Positions 20,429 to 29,715 of a stretch of 64,000 nucleotides of DNA are shown here, one piece after another (position 1 is the stretch's first letter; each line of letters starts with the position of its first letter). The notes under the pieces are model-generated. The model ran no database searches, was not told where the DNA came from, and saw only the letters and a program-made list of their open reading frames with translations. The position numbers and the translations under genes were made by a program. The stretch is taken from positions 1,187-65,186 of the IMG/VR virus record IMGVR_UViG_3300033148_005058; one strand, 5' to 3'. This DNA is from a virus (Duplodnaviria > Caudoviricetes).

Positions 20429-20785
20429 TTATGCCTCTCCACCTCCATCGTGCAACCGTCCACCACCGGACACCTCCTCGATCAATCCGGCGTCACACAG
20501 GGGCTCGTCTATCGTTGGTTTCCAGTTGCATATCTCAGCCGCATCATCTTCATAGTAAATGTCGGAAACGCCCCAGCCTAGCCTCTCAAACCCTTCTTCC
20601 GGCCCCGATTCGGACACCATCTTGTAGCCAACTACCAGGCATGGTCCGCCATCGGCCTCCTGGTGCCAAGCCTGGTCCCCCAGCTTGCGCACGGCTGCGC
20701 CTATCGCAGCGTCGGGGCGGAGGATTTTAATCTCGCGCATGGCCCTTGTTAGAATGCGCTCTAGCCCTTGGCGCTTGCAGTCCAT
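20429..20785 (-). CDS. Hypothetical protein (LRPxAxxG paralog family)
   Basis: LRPDAAIGAAVRKL motif. Confidence 0.5.
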   Translation of the reverse strand: MDCKRQGLERILTRAMREIKILRPDAAIGAAVRKLGDQAWHQEADGGPCLVVGYKMVSESGPEEGFERLGWGVSDIYYEDDAAEICNWKPTIDEPLCDAGLIEEVSGGGRLHDGGGEA

Positions 20786-20849
20786 CGTATGGTATCGCTC
20801 TTTCAGGCGTGCCTGTTCCGCACGCGGGCGCCCGGCTTGAGTCTATCGG

Positions 20850-21176
20850 TCACGACTCTTCCTCCACCAGCGCCTCCAGGGCGTCGGCAATGGCGGCTGC
20901 CTGTTCTCTTTCACCAGCAGGAAAAACGTTGTCATTTGCTATTTTCTGCTGTTCTCGCACATCATTCTCTGTCGGCGGCCAGTGTCCCACGTAGGCTGCG
21001 CACAGCGCCTCCAGTTTCTCGTTCCGGGCGCGCAGTCGCGCCACGATGCTGACAAGGCGCTTGTTTTCGGCATGTGCTATTGCGCGATCCTCACAACAGC
21101 CATCTATGCCCGCACGTAACCGCGCGTTGTCTGCATGCAGCCACTCCAGCTCTGCCAACCGTTCGTCACTGATCAT
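20850..21176 (-). CDS. Hypothetical coiled-coil protein
   Basis: MISDERLAELE N-terminus, GGAGG RBS. Confidence 0.55.
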   Translation of the reverse strand: MISDERLAELEWLHADNARLRAGIDGCCEDRAIAHAENKRLVSIVARLRARNEKLEALCAAYVGHWPPTENDVREQQKIANDNVFPAGEREQAAAIADALEALVEEES

Positions 21177-21486
21177 CGGACACCTCCTCGATCACTCTCA
21201 AAAGCGGCGCGGTTGAAACCCTACCGTCTCGATACATAAAGCTGCCTAGCTCAACTAGCTCTTTCGCCGCCTCCAGCAGCTTATCGAACCGCGCCTGGAG
21301 ATCGGGAGAATCTTGTTGAGGAGCATTAACTGCATCTAGTATTTTTGTTGCAAGTTTTTGAGCGATAGAGGTACGGGTACCATCGCGCCAAATAATATAG
21401 TGGGAATAGGCGTCAGCGTCATAACGTAACAATGCTCTTATTTCGTGCATATCTACGAGTGAGTTTCCGAACCTTGTTAGCTTCAT
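21166..21486 (-). CDS. Hypothetical protein
   Basis: AGGAG RBS; overlaps the polymerase 3' end. Confidence 0.5.
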   Translation of the reverse strand: MKLTRFGNSLVDMHEIRALLRYDADAYSHYIIWRDGTRTSIAQKLATKILDAVNAPQQDSPDLQARFDKLLEAAKELVELGSFMYRDGRVSTAPLLRVIEEVSDDQ

Positions 21487-23875
21487 TTTTATCTCCTACT
21501 AAATAAGTTATCATGTCTTTTTTGTCATACGTATAGCCAATTTCGATGTCCACAGCCGCTGTGAAATCGCTACCAAGAATAGTTGTACCTGCGTCCAGCA
21601 TCTCTTTAGAAATAAGACTTGCAACTTTATCAAGATGTTCTTTAGGAAACTCTACCAATAATGAGTCATGTGTAGGAAACAGAACTGCACCTCCATAGCG
21701 CTTTATCCACGCATTGGTTTTAATTAGGCTGAGTAGGCACAAGTCTGAGCTAGTCCCCTGTATAGGCATATTTATTGCTTGCCGCTTTATTTCTGGCCAC
21801 AGTTTTGCAAGTATTAGGGGGAAGCGTCTGCGTCGTCCTGTAGGCGTTGTGACATACTGTCTTGTCTTGACAAGGCTGTACTGTTCCTGCATCCATTCAT
21901 CGACGCCTAGCAGATTTATGACCAGGTCATGAATCCGCTTGGCTTCAGCATAAGAAACGCCTAATGCAGCAGCAATGCTGGGTGTCCCTCGTCCAAAAGC
22001 GACACCAAAATTGATCCCTTTGATTCCTACCCTATGCTTTGCGGAATCGTATTTATCACCATAAACATGCTCACCCACAAAGTTGTGAGGGTCCCCACCT
22101 GCTCGGAATAAATCCAAGAGTCCCTTGGATTGCGCCAATGCCGCCAATACCCTCAGTTCAGATGCTTTGTAATCGATAGTGAGAAGAACATTACCTTCCT
22201 CCGGCACCACCAAACTTCTGACCGGCCCAGTACGTGTAAGATTCATGATATTTGGTTGGCTACTGGCCAGCCGTCCTGTAACAGTGCCGAACAACTTCAA
22301 ACCTGGATGGACCCTGCCGTCTGATTCGGGATAGAGATTTTTAAGGTAGGTTCTGACAAGTTGATGGGCTTTTTTGTATTCTAGCATAGCGGTAGCGAAT
22401 TCGCTGCAAGGATAAATCGGTTGTGCCAAGCGCTCCATTTGACCCTTCGCAGTGGTTTTGTCTTTACGCCCATAAGGTACAGCAACGGGCTCAGTCTGTT
22501 CTTTAGGTAATGGCCTCGACTTCGAAAAGGGTGGCGCTTTGTAAATATCGTATAGAATATGCGCAACTTGTTTTGGCGAGTTTGGGTTGAACTCTGGAAG
22601 CTCAACAAGTGCTTGCATCTTAGCCCTTAGCGTAATTAGTGTCTGTTCTGCTTCAGCTTGAACATTCTTCAAGCGTTCCAGGTCGATCTTGACGCCTCTG
22701 ACAGACATATCTACTAGCGCATTGGTTCCTGGAATAAGCAGGTTGGTATAGAGCCGTTCGAGATCTTCCTCCGCCGCTATCTGTGGACGAAAGAGCTGGT
22801 GCAAGTCATAACCATAAGCTACGTCTCTTGCATTGTACTCCCATAAAGTTTCCTCTGGAATCAAAGAGTAGGAGCTATGTGCTTTGGAGATCCACTGTTT
22901 GATGTTAGCTTCCCAATCAGGCACCCTGAGAAACTTCATAGCCAATTGCTTCAGATCATGCGTGCCCAGACGCTCATCAAGAACATAATGCTCTAAGATT
23001 GTATCCTCTGAAATATAGGGATATGCTTGATACTGTGTGATCAGACGAGCGGCATCAAATTGAGCATTGTGACCGCCCCACTTTAGAGTTGGTGTGGCAC
23101 AGGCGCGTCGCAAAGCTGCGCGTACATCGGCATGGTCAAGCACTGCTTTAGGAAGCACCACTACATAATCTGATCCACATGTAAAAGCAATACTAAGAAC
23201 GTCAGTATCTAGGATATTGAGATTGCTAGTCTCGATGTCAAAATATACAAATGGTTGCTTTTTCAGCCAGGTCAGGAAACGTACTGCGCCCTCCGTAGAC
23301 AAAACAGAGTAGTTGCTAAAGGCTGGAGCAAGCTCCAACCTAGGCCCGCCATCCCGGAGCGCTTCCTCCAGATCATCTGCAAAGTCTGGCCAGTTACCTG
23401 GATGATATAAAATAGACGCTGGATGGTACACCGGAAACACGATGAAATCTTTCCACTGCAACGGTCGTCCATGTACTTTTGTAATTCCTTGTGTGCCAAG
23501 TCCAAGACCTTTCATAGCAGAGTTTCCAAGAGCTATGATAAGCTCAACACCACGCTCCCTAAATTCTTCTTCCAGAGTAGCACTACAGATAGCAAGCGCC
23601 TTCGTATCTGCAGCGTTATTCTTAGAGAACTGGCATTTGCAGGCATTGGTATAGTAGAACTCTGATGGCCTTTGTCCACAGGCGCGAATCGCCGCCCGTA
23701 AGAGTTGCCCACTTTGCCCCACAAAGGGCTGGCCTCGACGAACTTCAGTATTGCCTGGAGCTTCACCTAGAAAAGCTATCTTTGCCTCTGCCGGTCCAGA
23801 GGGAGGCACATACCTCCCTCTGGAACGCAAAGGGCATGTACCGCATTTTTGCATAGAAAATCTTCTTATACCCAC
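21419..23875 (-). CDS. polA: Family A DNA polymerase with N-terminal uracil-DNA glycosylase (family 4-like) domain and 3'-5' exonuclease
   Basis: UDG: CxxC, GEAPG, PFVG, YHPA. Exonuclease: DIET, HNAQFD, YNARD. Polymerase: TGRLAS, DYKASELR, KGINFG, HDS. Confidence 0.93.
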   Translation of the reverse strand: MGIRRFSMQKCGTCPLRSRGRYVPPSGPAEAKIAFLGEAPGNTEVRRGQPFVGQSGQLLRAAIRACGQRPSEFYYTNACKCQFSKNNAADTKALAICSATLEEEFRERGVELIIALGNSAMKGLGLGTQGITKVHGRPLQWKDFIVFPVYHPASILYHPGNWPDFADDLEEALRDGGPRLELAPAFSNYSVLSTEGAVRFLTWLKKQPFVYFDIETSNLNILDTDVLSIAFTCGSDYVVVLPKAVLDHADVRAALRRACATPTLKWGGHNAQFDAARLITQYQAYPYISEDTILEHYVLDERLGTHDLKQLAMKFLRVPDWEANIKQWISKAHSSYSLIPEETLWEYNARDVAYGYDLHQLFRPQIAAEEDLERLYTNLLIPGTNALVDMSVRGVKIDLERLKNVQAEAEQTLITLRAKMQALVELPEFNPNSPKQVAHILYDIYKAPPFSKSRPLPKEQTEPVAVPYGRKDKTTAKGQMERLAQPIYPCSEFATAMLEYKKAHQLVRTYLKNLYPESDGRVHPGLKLFGTVTGRLASSQPNIMNLTRTGPVRSLVVPEEGNVLLTIDYKASELRVLAALAQSKGLLDLFRAGGDPHNFVGEHVYGDKYDSAKHRVGIKGINFGVAFGRGTPSIAAALGVSYAEAKRIHDLVINLLGVDEWMQEQYSLVKTRQYVTTPTGRRRRFPLILAKLWPEIKRQAINMPIQGTSSDLCLLSLIKTNAWIKRYGGAVLFPTHDSLLVEFPKEHLDKVASLISKEMLDAGTTILGSDFTAAVDIEIGYTYDKKDMITYLVGDKNEANKVRKLTRRYARNKSIVTL

Positions 23876-23881
23876 TTCATG

Positions 23882-24304
23882 TTATGAGGATCGCCGCAAT
23901 GATAGACGCCGCTTTGTTTTGGTTTTAGGCTCCGGCTCAGGCTCAGGCTCAGACGGGGCTTCCGCCTCAGTTGCTACAACAGCGGGAGTCTTCAATTTGC
24001 GCCAGGCCAGCCACATACAAGCCTGTACCAAAACATTTGTAATTGCAGCCTCTTGATCTTCCTTCTCCGCACCGATCTGACGAAGAACCCCCAGTACCTT
24101 AGCGGTCTGCTTGGATAGTTCGTGCGCAAAAGATGCGTCTCCGAAAGGATAGTCATGCCAAACAGGCTGGTCCTTTGGAGCCCCCTCAATGATAGCAGCA
24201 ATTACTGTGGTAGCGCGTTCAAGCTCCTGCTTACATGCGGTTCGGAACTGCTCTGTGCGTGTCTCAATAACACGCTGCTCATCTGCAAACAATGCACTTG
24301 TCAT
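23882..24304 (-). CDS. Hypothetical protein
   Basis: 140 aa, translationally coupled to the primase gene; EP repeat and basic tail. Confidence 0.55.
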   Translation of the reverse strand: MTSALFADEQRVIETRTEQFRTACKQELERATTVIAAIIEGAPKDQPVWHDYPFGDASFAHELSKQTAKVLGVLRQIGAEKEDQEAAITNVLVQACMWLAWRKLKTPAVVATEAEAPSEPEPEPEPKTKTKRRLSLRRSS

Positions 24305-26883
24305 TTCTTTGTCTCCTTTTCGCTTTCAGGGACTTGACCATTGTAGCCCATGAAAGTTATAGTCTGTTGAAAGATGTCCAGTTTCTCTGGTACATCCATC
24401 CCCAGCTCAAAACACGTTGCTATCCGAACGCCGTACATTCTATGACTACCACCTCCTCCTCTTATCGCTTTTTGTTTTGGCCCCCATACATAATGCCCTT
24501 CGCCAGGGATGTTCCGAGATAACTCTCTCAACTGTCTCTTCACTGCGGCGCTAGCTATTACTGGCTCTTTACGCATTAGTCGATCTTTGCGCCACCACTT
24601 CAAAGCAGTTGTTAGATGAAACCAAAGAATGCCATCATCATAATCCAGTGTATAGACAAACTGTGAGCTGGCCTTTTGAGCCTCATTGATAACATCCTCA
24701 ATAAAGCGATCTAGCAAAACGTAACCTCGTTGCATATTATTGTTGTCCTGTACTTCTTTTAACGGGGCAAAGATATGTTCAACGGATACAGGCTTTGTTT
24801 CGATTTCTTGAGTATTCATAAAGGCTTCGTAGGATCTTAGGCCGAATAGGACAGTAGCCAGATTCCGGCGCATTCGCTCCTCTAGTACAAAATCTATTGC
24901 AGTATTGATTTCATGCAATGCCTTTTTCCAATTTGTTACAATTTTCTCTTTGTCTAACGTTAGTGTATATTGTATGTAAGGTGCAGCAAATTGAGCCAGA
25001 GGCAGCGATGTTAGAGCCATAAACGCTTCATACGCTGCAGTACCTGCTATGATAGTCTGCGGAGTCATACCGATAATAATAGAGCGTCGTTGCACAGCGG
25101 GGTCAGAAATAACGTCCTCACCGCTCAGGATAAGTGGTGCAGTCAAAGCATAATCCACTGTTGTCTGGGTAGGTTTACCCCTGGAATCATGCCCTACATC
25201 ATACGCCAGCAATAAAGTACGAAGTAGAGCTCTCCAGGCAACATCGCCCAGGGTAGAGCGTCGGAACTCAGCAAGGCTGAGTGGGATAGCATTAGTAGCA
25301 GCCAGCAGGGACATCAAAACAAAAGGGGTCGTGCTACAATCCTCCGAATGTACAGGTTCTGTGTAGCCTATCAGGGGCATAAACACCGCTTCCAATGTAG
25401 ATGTCTTTCCTGCTCCAGTAGTCCCATAAAGAATCAAGTGCGGAAAAGCTATGCGTGCTGCATTGAGAATTGGCTTATATGGTGTAGCCATAAACCAACC
25501 AAGCATAGGCCAAATAACACCTGGCGCATTTATCTTCGCTATATTGCTATGCACAGCCTCAAGAAACTCTATAGTATAGCCTTCAGGGTAGGCAATAGTT
25601 GGATTAGCTCTGCCTGTTGGGGCATAAACAATGGGTGCTGAATATATATCAAAAGTCTCCGTTGCACTCATAGTATATTCCGGTGCAACCCAATACTCTC
25701 CATGCCTGCCTAGTACAGAAGAAGCCAAGGCTTTAGGGCTGCCCATATCGCGCCATTTTTTCATTAAAAAGGGCAGCAAAAATCTAACTTCTGCATCATT
25801 TCCTAGCCATTGCCAAGCGGCTCTTCCTAAGTACCGTAACAATGAATTCATCCCGGCAAAGGCACTTTTAGGAAGTTGTATTCCTTCCCATGTATGGCCA
25901 CTGGCGCATATGCGCCCTAGAAACGTATCCTCTGTCGTCCCCTCCAAAAGGCGCTGAGGCTCAAAAATAAAGGTAGAAACTACATGTTGACCCTTTTTGC
26001 CTATACCGACTACTTTATAAACATCGCCATCTTGTGTAAAGCAACTTGCCGGATCCTGCGCTGCTTTCCGCGTTTGCTTTTTTGCCCGTAGCTTTTCCAA
26101 AGTACGCTCAAGATAACCGTTGCCCTCTTCTCGCGACTTTTTGCCAACTGCATGTTCAGCCCAGATAGCTTTGAGAGCATAGTCAGACATCTGCAAAGCG
26201 GTTAGTTCTGTACCGACTTGCCAGTCTACGCCTGAACGGGTGCGATCTTTGGTGTTAGGCCCTGGTTCCCCTGTGAGGATACTTCGCCGAGTAACATCTG
26301 TAATCTGTGTCGCCTTTATAATATCGTTTATATCATAACGCAGATCCGGTCTATCACGGATTACCCGGCACAGAGGGTATGGTTCTACTTTGACGTTGTA
26401 GGTACCGGGAAGCCGCATTACACGCGCGGGATCCCCAACATGACCACCGCCAAGAGTCTCACCAACTAAGCGGACAATTTCGCAACCTTTTGCTGCTGCT
26501 ACGGGCTCTTGCAAAAGCCAGTAAGCATGATAACCGTGGCCCGAATCGACGATATATGAGGGGGGCAGCACCAAAAGATCGGCGGCAGCTAAGGCAGCCT
26601 CTTTATTTCCGGCAAAGTCTTTAGCATCTAAATCTACCCAGATAGTTGTTATATAAGCTACACTTGCAGCAACACCAGAGCGATTTTTCCGTGGGGCCAC
26701 ACCAAAAAAGCAATGTTCCGCTGTGCCTACCTCGCTCGCAGCCTCCAATAATTTTAAAGGATCGCGAAAGAATAACTGGCGGCCTGTTTTTGGTTTTGTA
26801 CGAGTGACCAAGCAGAGTTCTACCCACTCAGTTGGTTTGATGTTGCCAAAGATAGCCAAGAGCAGTCCACGATCATCAAGCAT
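24301..26883 (-). CDS. Primase-helicase (RepB-type AEP primase plus C-terminal P-loop helicase)
   Basis: WVDLD, DSGHGYHAYW, DPARVMRLPGTYN; C-terminal YGTTGAGKTS. Confidence 0.85.
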   Translation of the reverse strand: MLDDRGLLLAIFGNIKPTEWVELCLVTRTKPKTGRQLFFRDPLKLLEAASEVGTAEHCFFGVAPRKNRSGVAASVAYITTIWVDLDAKDFAGNKEAALAAADLLVLPPSYIVDSGHGYHAYWLLQEPVAAAKGCEIVRLVGETLGGGHVGDPARVMRLPGTYNVKVEPYPLCRVIRDRPDLRYDINDIIKATQITDVTRRSILTGEPGPNTKDRTRSGVDWQVGTELTALQMSDYALKAIWAEHAVGKKSREEGNGYLERTLEKLRAKKQTRKAAQDPASCFTQDGDVYKVVGIGKKGQHVVSTFIFEPQRLLEGTTEDTFLGRICASGHTWEGIQLPKSAFAGMNSLLRYLGRAAWQWLGNDAEVRFLLPFLMKKWRDMGSPKALASSVLGRHGEYWVAPEYTMSATETFDIYSAPIVYAPTGRANPTIAYPEGYTIEFLEAVHSNIAKINAPGVIWPMLGWFMATPYKPILNAARIAFPHLILYGTTGAGKTSTLEAVFMPLIGYTEPVHSEDCSTTPFVLMSLLAATNAIPLSLAEFRRSTLGDVAWRALLRTLLLAYDVGHDSRGKPTQTTVDYALTAPLILSGEDVISDPAVQRRSIIIGMTPQTIIAGTAAYEAFMALTSLPLAQFAAPYIQYTLTLDKEKIVTNWKKALHEINTAIDFVLEERMRRNLATVLFGLRSYEAFMNTQEIETKPVSVEHIFAPLKEVQDNNNMQRGYVLLDRFIEDVINEAQKASSQFVYTLDYDDGILWFHLTTALKWWRKDRLMRKEPVIASAAVKRQLRELSRNIPGEGHYVWGPKQKAIRGGGGSHRMYGVRIATCFELGMDVPEKLDIFQQTITFMGYNGQVPESEKETKK

Positions 26884-26963
26884 TTTCTAGCTCCACTCTT
26901 GGATGAGGAGCAACCTGAGAAGAAACTCCCAGGTTGCTCTGTAGTTAGGATCGTGGACTCGAA

Positions 26964-27353
26964 CTACTCTTCTGAACCCATCGGGAGTACCTGGTCTACA
27001 CGACTGGTTGTCTCCCCCTTATACTCATCTTCTACCACCACTAAAGTGGCCTCAATTCCTAACAGATCCGTAGGCTCGAACTCAATTTCCCCGCTAAGGT
27101 CATCCTCTGAGTAGCCCAGAGCTTGCAGCATCTTCTTAAGATTCCATAGAGCTTGCGGTTGCAGCGAGGTATTGTAGAAAGCCTTTCTGCCCATGAACTC
27201 TTCTGGAGACACTACTGTGAAAACCCAGGCAATATAGGCATTTCCACTCTGGGAGATCTTCTGTTCACACTGGGATACTGCTCCCCGATAATATCCCGGA
27301 GGTAGCGGGGTAGCTTTGGTTTCAACACCTGTAAGGTTTACTGAGATAGGCAT
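26964..27353 (-). CDS. DUF669-like single-stranded DNA-binding protein
   Basis: PLPPGYY..SQSGN.YI.W.F..LWNLK pattern; adjacent to the AAA_24 gene. Confidence 0.7.
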   Translation of the reverse strand: MPISVNLTGVETKATPLPPGYYRGAVSQCEQKISQSGNAYIAWVFTVVSPEEFMGRKAFYNTSLQPQALWNLKKMLQALGYSEDDLSGEIEFEPTDLLGIEATLVVVEDEYKGETTSRVDQVLPMGSEE

Positions 27354-27371
27354 TTGTAACTCCTTCTAAGA

Positions 27372-28190
27372 CTAAGACTTGGCTGATTTCGACGCTAATC
27401 GAGCTTTCTCTATTTCCTCAGCCTCCTTTCTAAGTTCCTCTAATGGGCGTCCTAGAATGGCGCGGCCATAGAGTATGTGCATGTGGGGTTTCTCTAACAT
27501 ATCGGGGAGTCGAAACGTCGAACGATTTTTAGCCGCTTTACCCCCAAGTGGCTCTAATTGCAACACGCGCATCTTCTCCTTGATTTTCTTTTTTGCTTTC
27601 AAGTAGCCTACTATGTCGAACAAACCCCCCACCTCTCTAGATAGTTTATTAGAGAGTCCTGGGCGTATCACAAACATTCCGGTGAATTCATCCTTTCTAA
27701 TATCTACCATAGCGGTAGCTAGGAAATTCACTGGAGCGGCTTGTAGCATTGCAAGAGCTAAACGCATCCTAAAAGTGCCATGACCCCAATCTCGTTGTGA
27801 GGGTACATAAGGATCTTCCTTGTCAGTACGCTCTGGATCGACCATGCGGGTTCTCATTACCTGATTGTAAGAAGCTGTCAGGCCATCCCAGATAACGGTC
27901 TTATATTCCCCTGGATGGGCTTTTACATATCTACTGACGTTCTCTATGTCGTCGATAGTTTTAATAGGGACTACTTCAATGTCTCGGTCTGAAATACTCA
28001 TTGTGCCCATATCAGAGTCACAAAACAGGAAAGGACACAATTCTGGTACATCTGCAACACCCCCCATCAGGTATGTTTTCCCGGCCCCTGTAGGGCCGTA
28101 GACAAGTAGCCTAAAGTATTTCATATTATAGTCTGTGCCTACAATTGTTAAGGGCTTAACTTTCTTGATTGGGCCTAACGCTGGGGTCAT
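27372..28190 (-). CDS. AAA_24 / Sak4-like ATPase (recombinase)
   Basis: LVYGPTGAGKT, VIWDGLT, FDIVGYL, AKNR. Confidence 0.8.
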   Translation of the reverse strand: MTPALGPIKKVKPLTIVGTDYNMKYFRLLVYGPTGAGKTYLMGGVADVPELCPFLFCDSDMGTMSISDRDIEVVPIKTIDDIENVSRYVKAHPGEYKTVIWDGLTASYNQVMRTRMVDPERTDKEDPYVPSQRDWGHGTFRMRLALAMLQAAPVNFLATAMVDIRKDEFTGMFVIRPGLSNKLSREVGGLFDIVGYLKAKKKIKEKMRVLQLEPLGGKAAKNRSTFRLPDMLEKPHMHILYGRAILGRPLEELRKEAEEIEKARLASKSAKS

Positions 28191-28380
28191 TTGTCTTTCT
28201 CCCTACTTCATATTGTCTCAAGGTGCCACTGAGCAACCCCGCTTCTTTCAAAAGAGTATCAATTCGTGAGGCAATCCTAGTTGCTTCAGAGGTTGTTCCA
28301 AGACGCCCCGTGTCGCACAGTTTGAGCAATCTAGTACGCGCCCCGCGAATCTCTTGCTCTAGGGTTAAGATGCCTTTCAT
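28156..28380 (-). CDS. Hypothetical protein
   Basis: 74 aa with GAGGGGAG RBS. Confidence 0.45.
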   Translation of the reverse strand: MKGILTLEQEIRGARTRLLKLCDTGRLGTTSEATRIASRIDTLLKEAGLLSGTLRQYEVGRKTNDPSVRPNQES

Positions 28381-28704
28381 GCAATTTCTCCCCTCAAAAT
28401 TGAAAACTTCTCTAGGATGCCCTTAGCGGCGTTTTGTCTGCAAAAGGTATAGCTATATAGGCTTTGAGGCCCTTGAACTGAACACCCTCCAAAAATGCCT
28501 GCCAGTCTTATCGTTATTGTATAGTACTTTATGGTTTAGAATGAAATAACAATGCAAATCTGGTTTACTGATTACGGCGCTAAACACTCTCTCAAAGAGC
28601 CTTACAGAGCCCTACAGCGCCGTTTGTACCCCTACTTGACATGTTATACGTACTTATTATCGGTAAAGTAAAACAGTCTATAGAGTGCAATCGCTATCTG
28701 TAGT

Positions 28705-28917
28705 TTACTCTTCATTGTCGTCCTCTTCAGTCTCTTTGAGCTTCTCATACTCTGAGAGTGCGGCCTGTAGGACACCCCTCAGCAGGTTACCAGGTTCAAA
28801 AGTCTCCACCATCTCACGTGGCAACTGCATTTTTGCTCGTGAAATACCGTGCCTACCACCATAGCTATACTCACTATTGCTTACTGTAATCTCAAATGTA
28901 ACATAAAGCGTTTCCAT
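28705..28917 (-). CDS. Hypothetical protein
   Basis: 70 aa with GAGG RBS. Confidence 0.5.
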   Translation of the reverse strand: METLYVTFEITVSNSEYSYGGRHGISRAKMQLPREMVETFEPGNLLRGVLQAALSEYEKLKETEEDDNEE

Positions 28918-28919
28918 TG

Positions 28920-29480
28920 TTAGTCCTCCTCACCATGAAGTATTCCTAGTATATCATTTATGTACTGAAGAGGCTCTTGAAGCTGCTGCAACTTTTCCCA
29001 TTTAGTTCGTTGCCATTGAAATATCTTATCTAAATCTGGACTAATATAACAAGTTTCTACTTGTAGGGCCGCCTCGTGTAGTTCCTCTTCGGCTAGCTTG
29101 ATGGGGGTCATAATATACTTCTGGATATAGGCTTCGATGGCTGCAAGTTTTTGGTCATCAGAAGGTTCCGGAGAAGCTGTAGTAGAGTCTAAATCCTCTT
29201 GTGGGCCTCTTATGAAATGTGCATATTCTATAATACTTTTCTCAAAACGTTCTCTACTTTCACCCTCCAACCTGATAGGATATGCCTCCCATACGAGGCG
29301 AACAAGGGAATCTATCCAGGCAAAAGCCTCCTTTCAACAAGCGTTCCATGTTTCCCCAGCGATAACGTCGTTATCATTGGCGGCCTTGGCTAAACGAACG
29401 AGACTGAGATATTCCGATTTAGCTAAAGTAATAATAACATCGTCTTCAGGGCTATCAACAGTTTCTCCAATTACTTGCAT
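28920..29480 (-). pseudogene. Hypothetical gene with one in-frame TGA (29334-29336), or two adjacent in-frame ORFs
   Basis: The ATG at 29480 (AGGAG RBS) reads MQVIGE..TWNAC*KEAFAWIDSL.. continuously into the listed ORF 28920..29270. Confidence 0.45.
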
Positions 29481-29481
29481 T

Positions 29482-29715
29482 TTACTTTCTCCTTTCTTCG
29501 TCTGATTCGGGGGGTTTTAAGCCGTAGGCTCCCACAAAGTCGCCGCTCTGTATCATTTCCTCTCCAGTGTGCATATTGACAACTATGAATACTTGCCTGC
29601 CACATTGGCACCTTCCAACGGGATTTGCCCACGACGCTACTTGTGTGACCGTTACTACAGCGCCACACGTAGGACAAACTACGTCCTTACTGCGAGGACA
29701 AAACACGCTACCCAT
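29482..29715 (-). CDS. Small zinc-ribbon protein
   Basis: CPTCG..CQCG; start re-assigned to the ATG at 29715. Confidence 0.5.
   Translation of the reverse strand: MGSVFCPRSKDVVCPTCGAVVTVTQVASWANPVGRCQCGRQVFIVVNMHTGEEMIQSGDFVGAYGLKPPESDEERRK

Noticed and set aside
28430-28700. Promoter or ncRNA in the 270-bp gap
   Set aside because: Only partial -35/-10 matches at poor spacing; cannot be supported.
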